Assembly: GCA_017645985.1 (NCBI GenBank)
Contig: JAGCNK010000207.1
Coordinates: 1-40,887, forward strand
Length of the DNA: 40,887 nucleotides
Direction of reading: 5' to 3'
Source: Bacteroidales bacterium
Lineage (GTDB): Bacteria > Bacteroidota > Bacteroidia > Bacteroidales > UBA3824
The position numbers and the translations under genes are program-made. Every line of letters begins with the position of its first letter. Positions within the stretch are counted from its first letter, which is position 1. Below the pieces are notes generated by a model that made no database searches, was not told where the DNA came from, and saw only the letters and a list, made by a program, of their open reading frames with translations. Below, in pieces: positions 39,095-40,887 of the stretch.

Positions 39095-40249
39095 ATGGAA
39101 CTATTTGATATTACCGCAACTACATTTTTCGGACTGGAAAATGTGCTTAAAGAAGAACTTGAAGCCCTTGGCGCTAAGGATATTTCGGTGCTAAACCGTG
39201 CCGTGATGTTCCGTGGCGACACTACGCTGCTATATAAGTGCAACCTCTGGCTCAGAACGGCTTTGAAAGTGCTTGTGCCTATAGCCAAGTTTAACGCCAA
39301 CGACGAACGCGCCCTATACAATCAGATTTACAAGATTGACTGGGAGAAATATTTTACTGTGAATCAGACTTTTGCTATCGACCCAGTGACCAGCGGAACG
39401 GTGTTTACCCACAGCAAATATGCCTCGCTGAAGATGAAGGACGCTATTTGCGACTATTTCCGCGACCGCCGTGGCAAACGTCCCGATGTGGACACAGAAT
39501 ATCCCGACATCAGGTTCAACCTCCATATCTACAACAGCGAATGTATCGTATCGCTCGACAGCACCGGCGTGCCTATGAGCCGACGCGGATACAAGGTTCG
39601 TCAGACTTTTGCCCCGCTCAACGAGGTGATGGCTGCCGGAATTTTAAAAATAGCTGGTTGGGACGGTCAGCAGACTCTTCTCGATCCTATGTGCGGTTCG
39701 GGAACGTTTCCGATTGAGGCCTGTCTGATGGCTCGCAACATAGCTCCGGGCACTTTCCGCAATTTCGCTTTTGAAAAATGGAACAATTACGACCACGAGA
39801 TTTGGTCGGCACTTAAAAAAGAGGCTAAGAATGCAGTAAAACGTGAATCTAACACACGTATCATTGGTTACGACATTGACCCGGCTTCACTCGACGCCGC
39901 TTCACGCAATGCCGACAAGGCCGGTGTGGAAGATTTTATCGATTTTGACCGTATGGATTTCTTCAAAAACGAAGAACCTTTCCGCAATATATTTGTGATA
40001 ATGAATCCTCCCTACGGCGAACGTCTCGAAGATGCGGCTGAGATGACAGAGTTTTACAAGAATATCGGCAACCGTCTGAAGGCTTCGTACACCGACAGCA
40101 AGGTGTGGGTGCTGAGCGGAAACCTCGGCGCACTGAAAAATCTCGGACTTCATCCTTCGCGTAAGGTGAAACTCTATAACGGTGCTATTGAGTGCAAGTT
40201 AGAGTGTTTTGAACTTTACAGCGGAAGTAGGAAGGGGAAGAGTATGTAA
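39095..40249 (+). CDS. THUMP domain-containing class I SAM-dependent RNA methyltransferase (RlmL/YpsC-like)
   Basis: THUMP-type N-terminus (MELFDITATTFFGLENVLKEELEALGAKDI...LWLRTALKVL), SAM motif DPMCGSGTFPIEA, and catalytic NPPYGERL. Confidence 0.85.
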   Translation: MELFDITATTFFGLENVLKEELEALGAKDISVLNRAVMFRGDTTLLYKCNLWLRTALKVLVPIAKFNANDERALYNQIYKIDWEKYFTVNQTFAIDPVTSGTVFTHSKYASLKMKDAICDYFRDRRGKRPDVDTEYPDIRFNLHIYNSECIVSLDSTGVPMSRRGYKVRQTFAPLNEVMAAGILKIAGWDGQQTLLDPMCGSGTFPIEACLMARNIAPGTFRNFAFEKWNNYDHEIWSALKKEAKNAVKRESNTRIIGYDIDPASLDAASRNADKAGVEDFIDFDRMDFFKNEEPFRNIFVIMNPPYGERLEDAAEMTEFYKNIGNRLKASYTDSKVWVLSGNLGALKNLGLHPSRKVKLYNGAIECKLECFELYSGSRKGKSM

Positions 40250-40312
40250 TTTTTGTTTTTGGGGAAGGTAAAAAAAGTGTTGTGAGATACTTGATATATA
40301 ATTATATTTTCT

Positions 40313-40320
40313 TATCTTTG
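40313..40320 (+). promoter_or_regulatory. -7 box TATCTTTG (with CTTG 19 nt upstream) for the second DUF4231 gene
   Basis: Exact TAnnTTTG match 26 nt upstream of the ATG at 40346. The -33-like TTG is at 40291-40293. Confidence 0.4.
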
Positions 40321-40345
40321 GGTGTAATATTAAAAACTCAAAGAT

Positions 40346-40887
40346 ATGATATTTCAATTATTCAACCGCTATTTTTGCCTTCGCCGACAGTCTCAAAGAA
40401 ATGGCTTTGAAACCGAGAATTGTAATCTCAATTTCTTGGGACTTTATCTCGGCATAGGTCGAAAGGCTTATCGCGCCAAGGCAAGGGAACAGTCTATTAA
40501 AGACAACGATATTTCAGCATATATCGATAAGCGATGGCGCGATCAGAGAGAGTATTTCTCGAATAAATCTGTACAAATGCAAGGTAAATTTCGTCGTGTA
40601 CAGATTTTTATAATACTATTGAGTGCCTTGTCTGCCACTGTGCTTGCCCTTAATTTTGATGATTTATTTGGTAAGCATCTTTTGAAAATAGTGGATAATG
40701 AGGAATTAATATTTATTAAGCCACACAAATGGTATAACAATAGGATAGTATGTGCTTTGCTTACCATGGCGGTGATTGTTCTAACAGGTATCGACAAGTT
40801 GATGCAATACCGAGAGGAATGGATAAAAAATCGCAAGGCAGCAGAACACCTTAAAAGCGAATACTGTCTTTATCGAATGGGCGTAGG
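40346..40887 (+). CDS. DUF4231/SLATT-like two-TM protein, 3' end outside the window
   Basis: It is absent from the ORF track because the frame is still open at the window edge. I translated it by hand from the ATG at 40346 and found no stop. It reads ...DKRWRDQREYFSNKSVQMQGKFRRVQIFIILLSALSATVLAL...IVCALLTMAVIVLTGI...REEWIKNRKAAEHLKSEYCLYRMGV. This is colinear with the 628-1758 protein (YFSNKS, two TM helices, E-x-LKSEY-x-LY). Confidence 0.6.
   Translation, partial: MIFQLFNRYFCLRRQSQRNGFETENCNLNFLGLYLGIGRKAYRAKAREQSIKDNDISAYIDKRWRDQREYFSNKSVQMQGKFRRVQIFIILLSALSATVLALNFDDLFGKHLLKIVDNEELIFIKPHKWYNNRIVCALLTMAVIVLTGIDKLMQYREEWIKNRKAAEHLKSEYCLYRMGV

Noticed and set aside
39095-40249. NPPY-motif methyltransferase as part of a restriction-modification or defence system
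   Set aside because: The N-terminus is a THUMP RNA-binding domain typical of rRNA/tRNA m2G methyltransferases. No nuclease or specificity gene lies nearby.
40543-40836. 97-aa minus-strand ORF listed in the track
   Set aside because: The plus strand carries an uninterrupted frame from the ATG at 40346 to the window edge. That frame shows clear paralogy to the DUF4231-like protein at 628-1758 and has a promoter box upstream.
1-40887. CRISPR arrays, tRNA/rRNA genes, and large direct or tandem DNA repeats
   Set aside because: No intergenic region has the regular repeat-spacer periodicity or the tRNA-like GC-rich cloverleaf potential. The only tandem repeats seen are short coding repeats (1591-1662, the peptidase tail and the K/E-rich gene).

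Overview
This is a chromosomal segment that looks like a Bacteroidota (Bacteroidales-like) genome. TAnnTTTG -7 boxes precede many genes, signal-peptide and lipobox proteins are common, and genes are tightly packed or overlapping. I count about 43 protein-coding genes. Roughly half are recognisable housekeeping genes: atpG 3' end, greA, HIT, uppP, panC, panD, queA, truB, yidD, tdk, ispD, aroB, metK, dnaB, accA, radA, rbfA, an FtsX/LolE-like permease and a THUMP RNA methyltransferase. I found no rRNA, tRNA, CRISPR array, transposase or integrase. Several modules among the housekeeping genes do not fit any described system I know. (i) A cheR, degenerate cheR, receiver-less cheB and 2TM/coiled-coil/GAF operon (13055-16206), with no cheA, cheW, cheY or MCP anywhere in the window. 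(ii) A six-gene, overlap-coupled envelope operon downstream of aroB (16288-20734). It encodes a 2-TM protein, a glycine-zipper protein, an exported beta-rich protein fused to a YidD-like domain, two TPR-like/DUF5683-like paralogs and an LRR protein. (iii) A minimal 81-aa precursor with a PID-type C-terminal sorting signal, followed by a small exosortase-like gene (23498-24323). That gene is interrupted at an A8 tract that is also an in-frame A_AAA_AAA slippery heptamer. (iv) A lipoprotein papain-family peptidase fused to a TerB-like domain and a D/E/Y-rich tail. (v) Two paralogous DUF4231/SLATT-like 2-TM proteins at the two ends of the window; the first sits at the end of the atp operon. The metK leader contains a candidate SAM-II-like pseudoknot. 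All functional calls come from motif recognition by eye on the supplied translations and DNA. None has been checked by a database search.
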